DNA of 64,000 nt, taken from NCBI GenBank assembly GCA_040235405.1, contig JBECKT010000051.1, positions 6,879 to 70,878 of the forward strand, written 5' to 3'. Shown piece after piece: positions 37,393 through 47,485 of the stretch. The position numbers were made by a program, and so were the translations under genes. This stretch comes from Alcanivoracaceae bacterium. GTDB lineage: Bacteria; Pseudomonadota; Gammaproteobacteria; Pseudomonadales; Alcanivoracaceae. Every line of letters starts with the position of its first letter. The stretch's first letter is position 1. The notes under the pieces are model-generated. The model searched no databases, was not told the origin of the DNA, and worked only from the letters and a program-made list of their open reading frames with translations.

Positions 37393-39216
37393 TCAGGGCG
37401 ACAGCGCCGGTATCGTGTCCGGCCGCACCGGCGAAATAAACTCGCAGCCTTCGAACTCCTCGATATCACCACCCACCACCAGACAGTTCCAGTACACCGT
37501 CTCGTCGTCATCAAACCACTGCGGATTCATTCGCACTGCCCGGTGGCGGAAATCGCCATACTCCGGCATTTCCACCAGCAGCTCACCGGAAGCCGGATCA
37601 AAACGCCACAGCACACCATCAAACAACTCGACCAGCTCAGCTTGCTGTGCGGTCGGAAAAGCCTTGTATTCGCTGTAATACTCACCGAGATAGCGGGCCG
37701 ACGAATCCACCGCCGCCACCAATGTGGCAAGGCGGTCATACTCGTTGTACCAGCCGTACCGCTCGGCCATTTCATCTGCACCGGCGGCCTGCTGCCCGTC
37801 CTGCTGCGGCCGCAGTGACAGCACCAGCATCTGCATGTCTTCCAGCGACAGCGGCCGGCCGTTGAGACTCAACTGCCCTTGCCGGGCAGAAAATGCAAGG
37901 CGCCAGCGATGATCCTCTCGACGAATCACACCGGCCTCTTCCAGCGGCAGCAATCGCGGCTGCACAGCCTCTGGCAGCAATGACGCCTGCCAGTCCAGAT
38001 TGAGGTTGATATCGTTGATCGCGAGCACCTGCTCCGGCGGCATCGCCATGAGTGCAGCACTATCAGGAATATTTTCCAGGCCACCGGCATAGGTTGCCGC
38101 AAGCGCCACAGACAATACCGGCGAGGTATCTTCAAACAATGCCTCGATGACAAGCCGACTTTTACCTTTTTGCAACAGCTTGCCTGTAACCAGCGCTACG
38201 GCTTCGGCCATAACAGCTTCCATCTTGCTGCCGGCAGCAACCAATTCGGCCGGATCAGGACTGTCGCCCTCTATCGCCATCGCCATGTTCCTTTCCATCT
38301 GCTGGTTGATCTCCTCGATCAACTCATACAGACGCAGCATCGCGGCGCTGTCCAGACCGTCCACGGTAATACCCAGATAGCCCTTGCTGGCCGGAAATCC
38401 GCTGACAGAAAGATTTTCCAGCCAGATACGCGCGTCACTGAACAGCAGGCCATTGTTATCACTGCTACGGCCCTGAATATACAGATCGGTGTTAAAGCTC
38501 AACATCGGCGAGGCCACGGCAACCCCGGTTATCGACGTCATGGTGTCGTACAACGGCATGGTTCCGGCAAGCATCCCGGAGGGAGTCAATGTCGACTCCA
38601 GCGTCGCCAGATCAAAACGGCTGCCCATCGCCTCAAGCATCAAACCACGACCACGCAGCACGCTGTGCTGCAGAACCATATCAGCACCAATATCCATATC
38701 AAGACGCAGCTCGTCCAGCCGGACATTGCCCGTCGGTGACTCCAGCTTGAACGGCGACACCGCCAGCGTGCCGAGCGTGCGGCCTTCCAGTGTCACGTAG
38801 CCATCCAGCTGCAACGGCGGTTTACCGGCAAAAAAGTCGGTAATCAGTGCAGCGAGCTCCGGCGGATACACGGAGAGATCCAGCTCGCTGTGCAGCACCG
38901 CCAGACCGGTGCGGAAGCCGCTATTGGTCAGCAACAGGGGGCCATGGCCGAGCTCGTTGCGAAAGCAGATATCCATGGGCGGGCTGGTCGGGTCATTGGC
39001 CGGCATGGCCAGACAGCTACGGTAGGACGAGCCGAGCAGACCGCGCTGGTACTCATCAATCCTCATCAGCATGCGGTAACGGGCCAGCTGGCGGTTACCT
39101 TCCTCGAGCTGTGCTCTGGTCAGGGTTTCAATATCGGCGCCTGTCTTCCACGCGGCCCCCAACCAGGCCGCCGCCATCAGGCCCAACACCAGCACTATCG
39201 CCCACAACACTCGCAT
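37393..39216 (-). CDS. YdgA/DUF945-family envelope protein with a ~120-aa C-terminal extension
   Basis: The N-terminal anchor and GAAWKTGADIETLTRAQLEEGN match the E. coli YdgA start (GGAWYTGKKIETHLEDMV). RQGQLSLNGRPLSLEDMQMLV matches the YdgA C-terminus (ANGQITLNGQKMSLEDFVGMF). About 120 extra residues follow. Confidence 0.7.
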   Translation of the reverse strand: MRVLWAIVLVLGLMAAAWLGAAWKTGADIETLTRAQLEEGNRQLARYRMLMRIDEYQRGLLGSSYRSCLAMPANDPTSPPMDICFRNELGHGPLLLTNSGFRTGLAVLHSELDLSVYPPELAALITDFFAGKPPLQLDGYVTLEGRTLGTLAVSPFKLESPTGNVRLDELRLDMDIGADMVLQHSVLRGRGLMLEAMGSRFDLATLESTLTPSGMLAGTMPLYDTMTSITGVAVASPMLSFNTDLYIQGRSSDNNGLLFSDARIWLENLSVSGFPASKGYLGITVDGLDSAAMLRLYELIEEINQQMERNMAMAIEGDSPDPAELVAAGSKMEAVMAEAVALVTGKLLQKGKSRLVIEALFEDTSPVLSVALAATYAGGLENIPDSAALMAMPPEQVLAINDINLNLDWQASLLPEAVQPRLLPLEEAGVIRREDHRWRLAFSARQGQLSLNGRPLSLEDMQMLVLSLRPQQDGQQAAGADEMAERYGWYNEYDRLATLVAAVDSSARYLGEYYSEYKAFPTAQQAELVELFDGVLWRFDPASGELLVEMPEYGDFRHRAVRMNPQWFDDDETVYWNCLVVGGDIEEFEGCEFISPVRPDTIPALSP

Positions 39217-39371
39217 GCCTGCTCCCCCCGGTCGGCAAAATCAGCGAGGAAATATAGCAGTTAAAGCGGCAAAATCCTGCCCGGAACAATATAAAAGCAG
39301 AGCGACCGGAATCCCCCTCCGGGGATAACCGCAGAACTGATAAACCGTATTTCTGATATAGCGCGGCTTTT

Positions 39372-39947
39372 TTAATAGCAGGCGCGCAGCTTTTTCTTCA
39401 TGCTGCTGCGAATGTCATTCAGTTCAAAGCGGGATTTTTCCGATATCAGTCTGGCGTCGAGCCGATGCAGATGCAGTATCGGCGCCTGCTTTTTGAAGGC
39501 ACGCAAATCCCCCTTGGTCAGGATCGGCAGAAACTCCTCGCTGCGCGCTTCAAACTCCTCGGCAACGGCTTGCAGGCCCGCTGCCAACGGCACTGCCTTG
39601 CCATTACCAGCGGCGTCTTTCATATGCAGATACAGGCCGGAACGGCCCACTACACCGCCAGGAACAATGGTGTAGCCGGTTGAAAGAATGGCTTTCTCAG
39701 GTACCTCGTACCAGGTTTCGGTAAAAGCCTCGAGATCCGGCACCACCACCAGATCCGGCAAGTCTCCGGTGGGTACAATAACGTCGTAGCAGGCGTAGAT
39801 CTGACCAACCTTGTTGGAGTAGATGCACAGAGACTCACGAAAATGGCGAACAAACTCCACCGCCCGGCGATGATCGTCGAACTCGCCAAGGCTCCAGATC
39901 AGGCTTTCGTCTGACTGCAGGTCAATGGCCGCAGCACTGATGGACAT
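39372..39947 (-). CDS. Hypothetical cytoplasmic protein
   Basis: Clean 191-aa ORF with an ATG start. I recognise no family. Confidence 0.5.
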   Translation of the reverse strand: MSISAAAIDLQSDESLIWSLGEFDDHRRAVEFVRHFRESLCIYSNKVGQIYACYDVIVPTGDLPDLVVVPDLEAFTETWYEVPEKAILSTGYTIVPGGVVGRSGLYLHMKDAAGNGKAVPLAAGLQAVAEEFEARSEEFLPILTKGDLRAFKKQAPILHLHRLDARLISEKSRFELNDIRSSMKKKLRACY

Positions 39948-40182
39948 AAGCGCATCCTCTCGCTTGATTTGGTAATGCCATCATCTTAGCTGTGATGGCA
40001 ATCACATTTCATCGCCTTAATCAGGGTGCGGCCCGGATTTTACAATTCACGCCAGCCGACTGTCTGATCGGGCCACCCGCCCGTCTGCTCTTGCTGCCGA
40101 TATTTCTCTGCAGGACCGTCCCCGGTCGCCGCCGCACTCGCCAGCAGGTACAATGCGCGCCCCCGCTGTTTCCGGATACCTG

Positions 40183-42489
40183 ATGTCTGCCCTGTCGATT
40201 CCCCGTCCCCGCACCAGCCTGTTCGGTTACCCCCGATACTGGGCGGAATGCTTTGGCACGGCGCCGTTCCTGCCGATGTCCCGGGCGGAGATGGACCAGC
40301 TTGGCTGGGATTCCTGCGACATCATCATTGTCACCGGCGATGCCTATGTCGACCATCCGTCATTCGGCATGGCAATTGTAGGCCGTTTGCTCGAAGCTCA
40401 GGGGTTCCGGGTCGGCATCATTGCCCAGCCGGACTGGACCTCGAAGGACGCCTTTATGGCGTTGGGCCGGCCGAACCTGTTCTTCGGCGTCGCTGCCGGT
40501 AACATGGATTCGATGATCAATCGCTACACCGCTGATCGCAAACCACGCTCCGACGACGCCTATACCCCGGGCGGCGAAGCCGGCAAGCGCCCGGACCGCT
40601 GCTCGCTGGTGTACTCGCAGCGCTGCAAGGAAGCCTGGTCGGATGTGCCGGTAATTCTCGGCGGCATTGAGGCGTCACTGCGCCGCATTGGCCATTACGA
40701 TTACTGGCAGGACAAGGTGCGCCGTTCCATCCTGCTCGACGCCACCGCTGATCTGTTGCTGTATGGCAATGCCGAACGCGCCGTGGTCGAAGTGGCCCAT
40801 CGTCTGGCCCGCGGCGAAACCATCGACAGCATCACCGATGTTCGCGGCACTGCCTTTATCCGTCGCGACACGCCGGAAGGCTTCTGGGAAATCGATTCCA
40901 CCCGAATCGACCGACCCGGCCGGGTTGATCGCATCATCAATCCCTACGTCAACACCCAGGAGATGGATGAATGTGAAGTGGAACGCCGTAACAACCCGAT
41001 GCTCGGCGTCAGCATCAACGACAACGGCGAACAAGTGGTGCAGTTGCTGCCGCACCCGAAACTGAAACGCGACCAGACCGTGATCCGCCTGCCATCGTTT
41101 GAAAAGGTACGCAACGATCCGGTGCTGTATGCCCACGCCAGCCGGGTACTGCATCTGGAAACCAACCCGGGCAACGCCCGCGCGCTGGTCCAGCGTCATG
41201 CTGAAATTGATGTCTGGCTGAATCCGCCGCCGATTCCGCTGACCACCGAAGAAATGGATTACGTATTTGATCTACCTTACGCCCGCTCGCCGCACCCGGC
41301 TTACGGTGATGCGAAAATTCCGGCCTGGGACATGATCCGCTTTTCCGTCAACATCATGCGCGGCTGCTTCGGTGGCTGCACCTTTTGCTCGATCACTGAG
41401 CACGAAGGTCGCATTATCCAGAACCGCTCGGAAGAATCGGTGCTGCGCGAAATCGAACAGATCCGCGACAAGGTCAAGGGCTTTACCGGCGTGATTTCCG
41501 ATCTCGGCGGGCCCACTGCAAACATGTACCGGATTGCCTGCAAAACCCCGGAAATCGAGGCAGCCTGCCGCAAGCCGAGCTGTGTTTATCCGGGCATCTG
41601 CGAAAATCTCAACACTGATCATTCGCACCTCACCCAGCTGTACCGCAAGGCGCGTAATATCAAGGGTGTGAAAAAAATCCTGATCGCTTCCGGCTTGCGT
41701 TACGATCTGGCAGTGAAAGACCCGGAGTATGTGCGCGAGCTGGTGACGCACCATGTCGGCGGTTATCTGAAGATTGCCCCGGAACATACCGAGCAGGGGC
41801 CGCTGTCGAAGATGATGAAGCCAGGTATCGGTTCCTACGATATTTTTCGCGAGATGTTTGAACGTTTTTCAAAAGAAGCCGGCAAGGAACAGTACCTGAT
41901 CCCCTACTTTATCGCTGCCCACCCGGGCACCACCGATGAAGACATGATGAATCTCGCACTATGGCTGAAGCGCTACGGTTTCCGTGCCGATCAGGTGCAG
42001 GCGTTCTATCCATCGCCGATGGCCAGCGCCACCGCCATGTATTACTCCGGCAAGAACCCGCTGCGCCGGGTGACCTATAAAAGCGATGCCATCGAGTCAC
42101 CGAAGACACCGGAGCAACGCCGCCTGCACAAGGCGTTCCTGCGTTACCACGACCCGAGAAACTGGCCGCTATTGCGCGAGGCACTCAAGCGCATGGGCCG
42201 TGCTGACCTGATCGGTGACGGCAAGCATCAACTGATTCCGAAAACCCAGCCGACCGATGCCCGCGACTATCAGGCGCCACGGCGAAAAAATTCCAGCGAT
42301 GCCCACCAGCGTCGCACCGGCCCCGGCAGCGCGCCGGCCAAAGGCAAGATCCTGACCCAGCACACTGGCCTGCCTCCGCGCGAGCAAACTGCCGACAAGG
42401 CAAGGCCTGCTGGCAGAGCAGCCAGTGGCGGGCGCAAGCCGCCGGGAAGTCCGCGCCAGCGGCCCGGTAAAAACAGAACACCCCACTAG
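40183..42489 (+). CDS. ygiQ: YgiQ-family radical SAM protein (UPF0313)
   Basis: [36 protein letters not shown], radical [12 protein letters not shown], and a basic low-complexity C-terminal tail. Start chosen at ATG 40183. Confidence 0.9.
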   Translation: MSALSIPRPRTSLFGYPRYWAECFGTAPFLPMSRAEMDQLGWDSCDIIIVTGDAYVDHPSFGMAIVGRLLEAQGFRVGIIAQPDWTSKDAFMALGRPNLFFGVAAGNMDSMINRYTADRKPRSDDAYTPGGEAGKRPDRCSLVYSQRCKEAWSDVPVILGGIEASLRRIGHYDYWQDKVRRSILLDATADLLLYGNAERAVVEVAHRLARGETIDSITDVRGTAFIRRDTPEGFWEIDSTRIDRPGRVDRIINPYVNTQEMDECEVERRNNPMLGVSINDNGEQVVQLLPHPKLKRDQTVIRLPSFEKVRNDPVLYAHASRVLHLETNPGNARALVQRHAEIDVWLNPPPIPLTTEEMDYVFDLPYARSPHPAYGDAKIPAWDMIRFSVNIMRGCFGGCTFCSITEHEGRIIQNRSEESVLREIEQIRDKVKGFTGVISDLGGPTANMYRIACKTPEIEAACRKPSCVYPGICENLNTDHSHLTQLYRKARNIKGVKKILIASGLRYDLAVKDPEYVRELVTHHVGGYLKIAPEHTEQGPLSKMMKPGIGSYDIFREMFERFSKEAGKEQYLIPYFIAAHPGTTDEDMMNLALWLKRYGFRADQVQAFYPSPMASATAMYYSGKNPLRRVTYKSDAIESPKTPEQRRLHKAFLRYHDPRNWPLLREALKRMGRADLIGDGKHQLIPKTQPTDARDYQAPRRKNSSDAHQRRTGPGSAPAKGKILTQHTGLPPREQTADKARPAGRAASGGRKPPGSPRQRPGKNRTPH

Positions 42490-43736
42490 CGGGAACCATT
42501 AAACTGACGCATGGCGCGGAGAAACTCCTCGGCGCGGAAACGATGCTGATCCGACAGGCTCTGGTACAGGCCGTCCAGCGCCGCGCTATCACCCTGCAAT
42601 TGCTCGGTCAGCAATGCCATCAGCATCAGCACCTGCTCGGCGGTCATGTAGTCGTTAAAGGTTGCATCCAGAGTGTCTGCCTTCATGCGCTGGAGCAGCC
42701 GCCCGGCATCCGGGCCAGACAACTTGCCATTACGCAAGCGCACCAGAGTGTCATCAAGCTGGCGAATCAGTGCGCCACTGGCCTGCTGGATCGCCTCGCG
42801 GCCCTGCTGACTGGCGCCATGCAAACCGGCGACGCCGGTTTTCCAGCGCGCTGCGGCAGCCGGATCACTTGCCTCCAGCATCCAGCCCACCATCAGCAAA
42901 CTGCTGTCATTCAGCCGTACCGCGCCGGGCCGCAACTTGCCGGCGGCGCGTGGCCGCCATTTATCCGCATTCATCGGTGCATGGCAGGCGTGGCAGTCGA
43001 AGAATGCCAGCTCCGGCCACAGCGGCGTTGCCATAAACTGCTGGCCGCGCAAACCCTCGAGCACGTTGCGGGCGCTACGCAACTGCCCGGCCACCCATAG
43101 CTGCAGGGATTGCGGCGACTGTTTGCGGGCACGGTAAGCATCATCATCACGATGATGTGATGGCCACAGCCGGCTGTAGGTGGCCAGCTCGAACTGCAAC
43201 CGCGGGTGCCCGGCGCCCATGATGTCGTGACTGGCAAGCCGCTCACTGTCGCCGACGTGGCAAGCAACACAGACCGAGGCACGCACATCGGCATCCTGCA
43301 ACAGTGTCAGACCGCGGGCGATATTGTCCTCGTGGGTGACCCCCTTCTCCGTATGCGAGGACAGCCAGCGCCGGGAGCCACCGTGACAGGCTTCACAACC
43401 GACACCATCGGTCAGCTGGAAACGCGGGCCGCGTTGTTCCTTCGGCACATAATCACTGTGGCAAGCAAGACAGACCTTCGCTTCGTGAGCCGGACCGATA
43501 CCGAGCTTGGTAGCAATTTCCTTCGAATCACTATTGAGCAAAGTGTTGTAAGCGCCGGCATGAGGATCACGCTGCCCCCAGATCACATACTCGCTATGAA
43601 AAATATTGGCGCCACTGCGCTCGGTGCTGCTGCCATGGCAAACCGAAGAGGCACAACTGGCCACGCCCATATGTTTGTCTGCGGCCAGCACAACCCCGGT
43701 CACAACCAGCAACCCGAGCAGGATGAATCGTTTCAT
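42486..43736 (-). CDS. Periplasmic multihaem c-type cytochrome (4 CxxCH + 1 CxxxxCH) with a helical non-haem C-terminal half
   Basis: Signal peptide [18 protein letters not shown]. Motifs CASSVCH (CX4CH), CLACH, CEACH, CVACH and CHACH. The ATGA start/stop overlaps the upstream gene. Confidence 0.8.
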   Translation of the reverse strand: MKRFILLGLLVVTGVVLAADKHMGVASCASSVCHGSSTERSGANIFHSEYVIWGQRDPHAGAYNTLLNSDSKEIATKLGIGPAHEAKVCLACHSDYVPKEQRGPRFQLTDGVGCEACHGGSRRWLSSHTEKGVTHEDNIARGLTLLQDADVRASVCVACHVGDSERLASHDIMGAGHPRLQFELATYSRLWPSHHRDDDAYRARKQSPQSLQLWVAGQLRSARNVLEGLRGQQFMATPLWPELAFFDCHACHAPMNADKWRPRAAGKLRPGAVRLNDSSLLMVGWMLEASDPAAAARWKTGVAGLHGASQQGREAIQQASGALIRQLDDTLVRLRNGKLSGPDAGRLLQRMKADTLDATFNDYMTAEQVLMLMALLTEQLQGDSAALDGLYQSLSDQHRFRAEEFLRAMRQFNGSR

Positions 43737-46700
43737 CGTTTGCCTCCGCTGCGGCTGACCTTGTCACTGACAAACCAGGGCTCACCCTTTTCATTCAGGA
43801 ACAGGCGGCGCATTTCTTCCAGTGTGAAAGGCCGCGAGCCATGCCGACCGAATACCGCCACCTGACCACCGGTCTCATCCACCGCCCGATCACGCTCAAG
43901 TCCACGTGACAACGACAACGCCGGATAGCGGGTTTTCGCCCTGGCGATCAACTGCGGCACCGGGGCCGGATTGAAGCCGTAGAAATTCGGCTGACTGGCC
44001 GGCGATGTTAACTGAAGCACTTTGAGGCCACCCTCACCATCGGCCACATAGGCAAATGCAGACGCATTGGTGCTGGCCACGATCACATCATGACTGTCCT
44101 GCAAGGCGCCCTCGGCAGTGAAGCGTTGATACAGCGACAGCTTCTCCGGATTCTCCATATCAATGATGACCAGACCATCCTTGCCGGCCGCAACATAGGC
44201 ATAAGCCCGGGCAATATGAATACCACGGGCCTGATCCAGGGCGATGGTGTTGTCCGGAATCAGGCTGGCCTGCTCCGGCAAGGTCACATCAATAGCGCTG
44301 ACACCACCGGCATGGCTGACCAGCAGATAGCGGAACTGCAAGGCACTGGCACGGACATCCTCAAGAGCAATCTGCCTCACCAGCTTCGGCGCCAATGGCT
44401 CATCCAGATTCAGTATCACCAGCGCCTTTGGTGTAGCGATATAGGCATAATGGCCACCGAGAATGACATGGCGGGCACCGTCCAGTACCCCGTTTTCATT
44501 CCAGGTAACGGCGCGCTCAAGGTGATTATTACGGAACTCGCCATCGGCAAAGGTGGTGATATCGGCAAGGATCAAACCTTCCTCGGCATCGGTAATCACC
44601 GCATAGGAATAGATCGGGTGGAACGGCTGCTCAAGGTTTTCCACTCGCATCAGGTCGCCGACGTTACGCTGTGGCGCCACCGGCTGGGTGGTCGCCAGTG
44701 CCATGCAGGTAGCGTTACGGCTTGGCACCCTGGCGTTGTGACCCAGCGGGCTGAACGGCGCGGTAATGATCCGCTGCGAGACGCCCTTGTTATCAATGCC
44801 GGCGATATCGTAAACGCGGAAGCCGTTCTTGCCTTCGGCGACATACAGATACTCACCGCGCATCTGCACACAACCGGCTCGATCACCGGCATGGCTGTAC
44901 TGCTCCGGCAAATCCAGATCACGGCGCAAGTGCTGCTGATACCAGTCCGGGTAGGCATAGCGATGCAGGTAGGAACCGTAAACGGCTTGCGGCTCGTCCC
45001 ACTCGGTCACCGCCACCGCCTGCAAACCACCCTCACCGCCCACCCAGGCAAACCGGCCGACAAAGTTGATGTAGTTGGTACCAAGCATCAACAGCTGCGC
45101 CATGATCGCATTGTTGTCATTGTCTTCGGACAGATGGCAATCGGTACAGGTCTTGGTTTCCGTACGCCGCTCGGTATGCGGATAGTGCGGATTAAATGCC
45201 TGTGAGCTGTAACCACTGGCCGATACCGGCGGCTGCTGGATATAGATGCGTTCACGGTTCGAGTTGGTAGAGCTTAATACCAATGCCGAGGTAGAACGGG
45301 TCGGCGCAATTCTGGCGTCATGCACCGGGCCACGCTTGCCGAGCATAAACATTTCGTCACGCGCCACCTGCGGATTGTAGGTGGCGTAGTTGCGGGTTTC
45401 TCCGCCTTCGTAATGATGTCGTTCGGTTTTCCAGTTCGCCTCAATCGGCAGGTGGCAGCCGCCGCAGGAGGTAGTCCAGGAGGTGTGGCAGGTATAACAC
45501 TCGAAGTCCTCGTCACGGTGGGCCCGCTGGCCGGATTTTACCGACAGCCCCCACGCCAGCGAGTTGGTATCGCGGCTCATCAGCTTGGCCCGGGCCGCCT
45601 TGGCATTGTACTGACCATGTTTCGGATTGACCGAGTCCTTGACCAGACTCATGGTCCACTCCAGCCCCGGCGTCAACAACGAACGCTGAATCAGTTTGCC
45701 GTTAACCCATTCAAAGCGCTTTTTACCATCCGGGTTGCGCAGTATCGACAGGTCCTGACCACCGGCTGGCGCGGCAGCGCCACTGGTGCGCAGGCTCGGA
45801 TAACTGTCCGCAGTGCCATGGCAGTCCTTGCAGCCAATTTCCACGGCATGACCTACCTCGCCGTACAGATGGCCATTGCCATGGCTGTCCTGACTGAAGT
45901 GGCAGTCCACACAGTGCATGCCGACATCGACATGAATCGAGGAAAGGTGCACCGCCTTCTTGAATTTTTCCGGATCCTCGGCAGAGACCTGATCGCCTTC
46001 GGCATCGAGCAGATTGCCTTCCCGGTCACGCTTGAACACCGCCCGGAAATTCCAGCCATGGCCATGGTAGTCGGCAAACTGGGTGTCTTTCAGCTTCGGG
46101 TTCATCTCCCAGACTGATGAGAGGAAATTCAGATCCCGCCATTTGCCGCGCGCCACCGCCCCTTCCGGATTGCGATCATAGACATCGCGCATTTCCTCGT
46201 CGCTCGGATAATGCTGCTTCTCCGGCCACATGAACGGCGCATCGGCTTCGTAATCCCACATGGTGTAACCGAGGTAGGTGTTCATGAACATGTTCGGCTG
46301 GTGCATGTGACAGACCATGCACTGGCTGGTGGGAATGGCGCGGGTAAACTGATGCTGGATCGGATGACCCGGCTCGTCTTTCGGAATCAGCGGGTCACGG
46401 CTGGCGCTTAATCCCCAGTGGCCATGTTTGGCATAGGGACCGCTGTGGCGCGGATCGCGATCATTGCCATACACCACATGGCAGGAGGCGCAGCCGGAGC
46501 TGCGGTAGTCGCCGGGCTGATCATTGGAGCCAAGGAACCACATCAGCGGATCATTGAGACGGGTTTTAGTGATATTGATCAGCGGCACGGCAATCCGTGC
46601 ACCAGTGCCGGCACCGCGATTCGATTGCTTCACATCCGGCCGGCCCGGTTCCTCCAAACGCTGGATCTGACCAAGTGAATTGGGAATGCCGATTTCCGGG

Positions 46701-47479
46701 AACAGGCTGTTGATATTGCGGCCACCGTCTTCGAACACCCGGAACACATCGGCGGGCTTGACGGTTTCCCAGGCCGGCAGCGGCAGCAGCGTTTTCAGTG
46801 CGCCGAAGCGATGGCTCATGTCTTCTGTCGGCACCATCAGTGGCGTGACCGCTGCCGGTTGTCCGTCGCGGCTATAGGCCTCGCCCAGGATGTAGCGCTT
46901 GTACGGCAAAATGCCGTTGTTATAGGAGGCGCCGCCCCAGAGCATGGCGCCGGTGGCCATAATTGAACGCTCGGCAGCAAGAATCTGCGGCATATGACAA
47001 CTGCCGCAGGCTTCACGAACAATGCGGTAATCGGACGGATTGACGAAGCGGATATATTCCGGCGCTTCCTTGTTCAGCAGGGTGTAACTGATCGGTGGAT
47101 TACTGCTGCGCGGCCAGCGCCATTTGTCGGCATAGTCTGGCAATACATGGGCCTGCTTCATCGCTTCCATAAAGGCCGGATCATCGCGATTGCTGTTCGC
47201 CGGCTTCTGCACACCGGCATTGCCACCATGACAATCGGTGCAGCCCAGGACCACCGCCGGGTTGGCGTGCATGGTCTTGCTATCGGAAGCGCCGTGACAG
47301 CTGCCGCAGCCACTGCTTTTGCGTACCGCTTCGGCGGGTGATTGCCAGGCCGGTGCCGATGGCGCTGCCACCCGGTTTTCCTGCTTGACCACCGGCGCCT
47401 CTACCGCCGGCAACAAAACAGGCAACAACAGCATTAGTGCCGTCATCCATGCCTGCCAGAGCTGAAGTCCGTGTCTCAT
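43733..47479 (-). CDS. Secreted decahaem c-type cytochrome fused to a C-terminal LVIVD-repeat beta-propeller
   Basis: Signal peptide. Ten CxxCH motifs: CGSCH, CTDCH, CGSCH, CASCH, CMVCH, CVDCH, CKDCH, CYTCH, CGGCH, CTDCH. In the last ~450 aa there are at least 6 LVIVD-type repeats (YLYVAEGKNGFRVYDI, EEGLILADIT, YAYIATPKALVILNLDEP, AYAYVAAGKDGLVIIDMENP, AFAYVADGEGGLKVLQL). Confidence 0.85.
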   Translation of the reverse strand: MRHGLQLWQAWMTALMLLLPVLLPAVEAPVVKQENRVAAPSAPAWQSPAEAVRKSSGCGSCHGASDSKTMHANPAVVLGCTDCHGGNAGVQKPANSNRDDPAFMEAMKQAHVLPDYADKWRWPRSSNPPISYTLLNKEAPEYIRFVNPSDYRIVREACGSCHMPQILAAERSIMATGAMLWGGASYNNGILPYKRYILGEAYSRDGQPAAVTPLMVPTEDMSHRFGALKTLLPLPAWETVKPADVFRVFEDGGRNINSLFPEIGIPNSLGQIQRLEEPGRPDVKQSNRGAGTGARIAVPLINITKTRLNDPLMWFLGSNDQPGDYRSSGCASCHVVYGNDRDPRHSGPYAKHGHWGLSASRDPLIPKDEPGHPIQHQFTRAIPTSQCMVCHMHQPNMFMNTYLGYTMWDYEADAPFMWPEKQHYPSDEEMRDVYDRNPEGAVARGKWRDLNFLSSVWEMNPKLKDTQFADYHGHGWNFRAVFKRDREGNLLDAEGDQVSAEDPEKFKKAVHLSSIHVDVGMHCVDCHFSQDSHGNGHLYGEVGHAVEIGCKDCHGTADSYPSLRTSGAAAPAGGQDLSILRNPDGKKRFEWVNGKLIQRSLLTPGLEWTMSLVKDSVNPKHGQYNAKAARAKLMSRDTNSLAWGLSVKSGQRAHRDEDFECYTCHTSWTTSCGGCHLPIEANWKTERHHYEGGETRNYATYNPQVARDEMFMLGKRGPVHDARIAPTRSTSALVLSSTNSNRERIYIQQPPVSASGYSSQAFNPHYPHTERRTETKTCTDCHLSEDNDNNAIMAQLLMLGTNYINFVGRFAWVGGEGGLQAVAVTEWDEPQAVYGSYLHRYAYPDWYQQHLRRDLDLPEQYSHAGDRAGCVQMRGEYLYVAEGKNGFRVYDIAGIDNKGVSQRIITAPFSPLGHNARVPSRNATCMALATTQPVAPQRNVGDLMRVENLEQPFHPIYSYAVITDAEEGLILADITTFADGEFRNNHLERAVTWNENGVLDGARHVILGGHYAYIATPKALVILNLDEPLAPKLVRQIALEDVRASALQFRYLLVSHAGGVSAIDVTLPEQASLIPDNTIALDQARGIHIARAYAYVAAGKDGLVIIDMENPEKLSLYQRFTAEGALQDSHDVIVASTNASAFAYVADGEGGLKVLQLTSPASQPNFYGFNPAPVPQLIARAKTRYPALSLSRGLERDRAVDETGGQVAVFGRHGSRPFTLEEMRRLFLNEKGEPWFVSDKVSRSGGKR

Positions 47480-47485
47480 AATGCC

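Noticed and set aside
44090-45205. 371-aa plus-strand ORF inside the large cytochrome gene, together with similar ORFs at 45320..46117, 48002..48760, 51660..52340 and 55413..56123.
   Set aside because: All are antisense to minus-strand ORFs with dense, position-specific CxxCH, LVIVD, Fe-S or Rossmann motifs. These are shadow ORFs.
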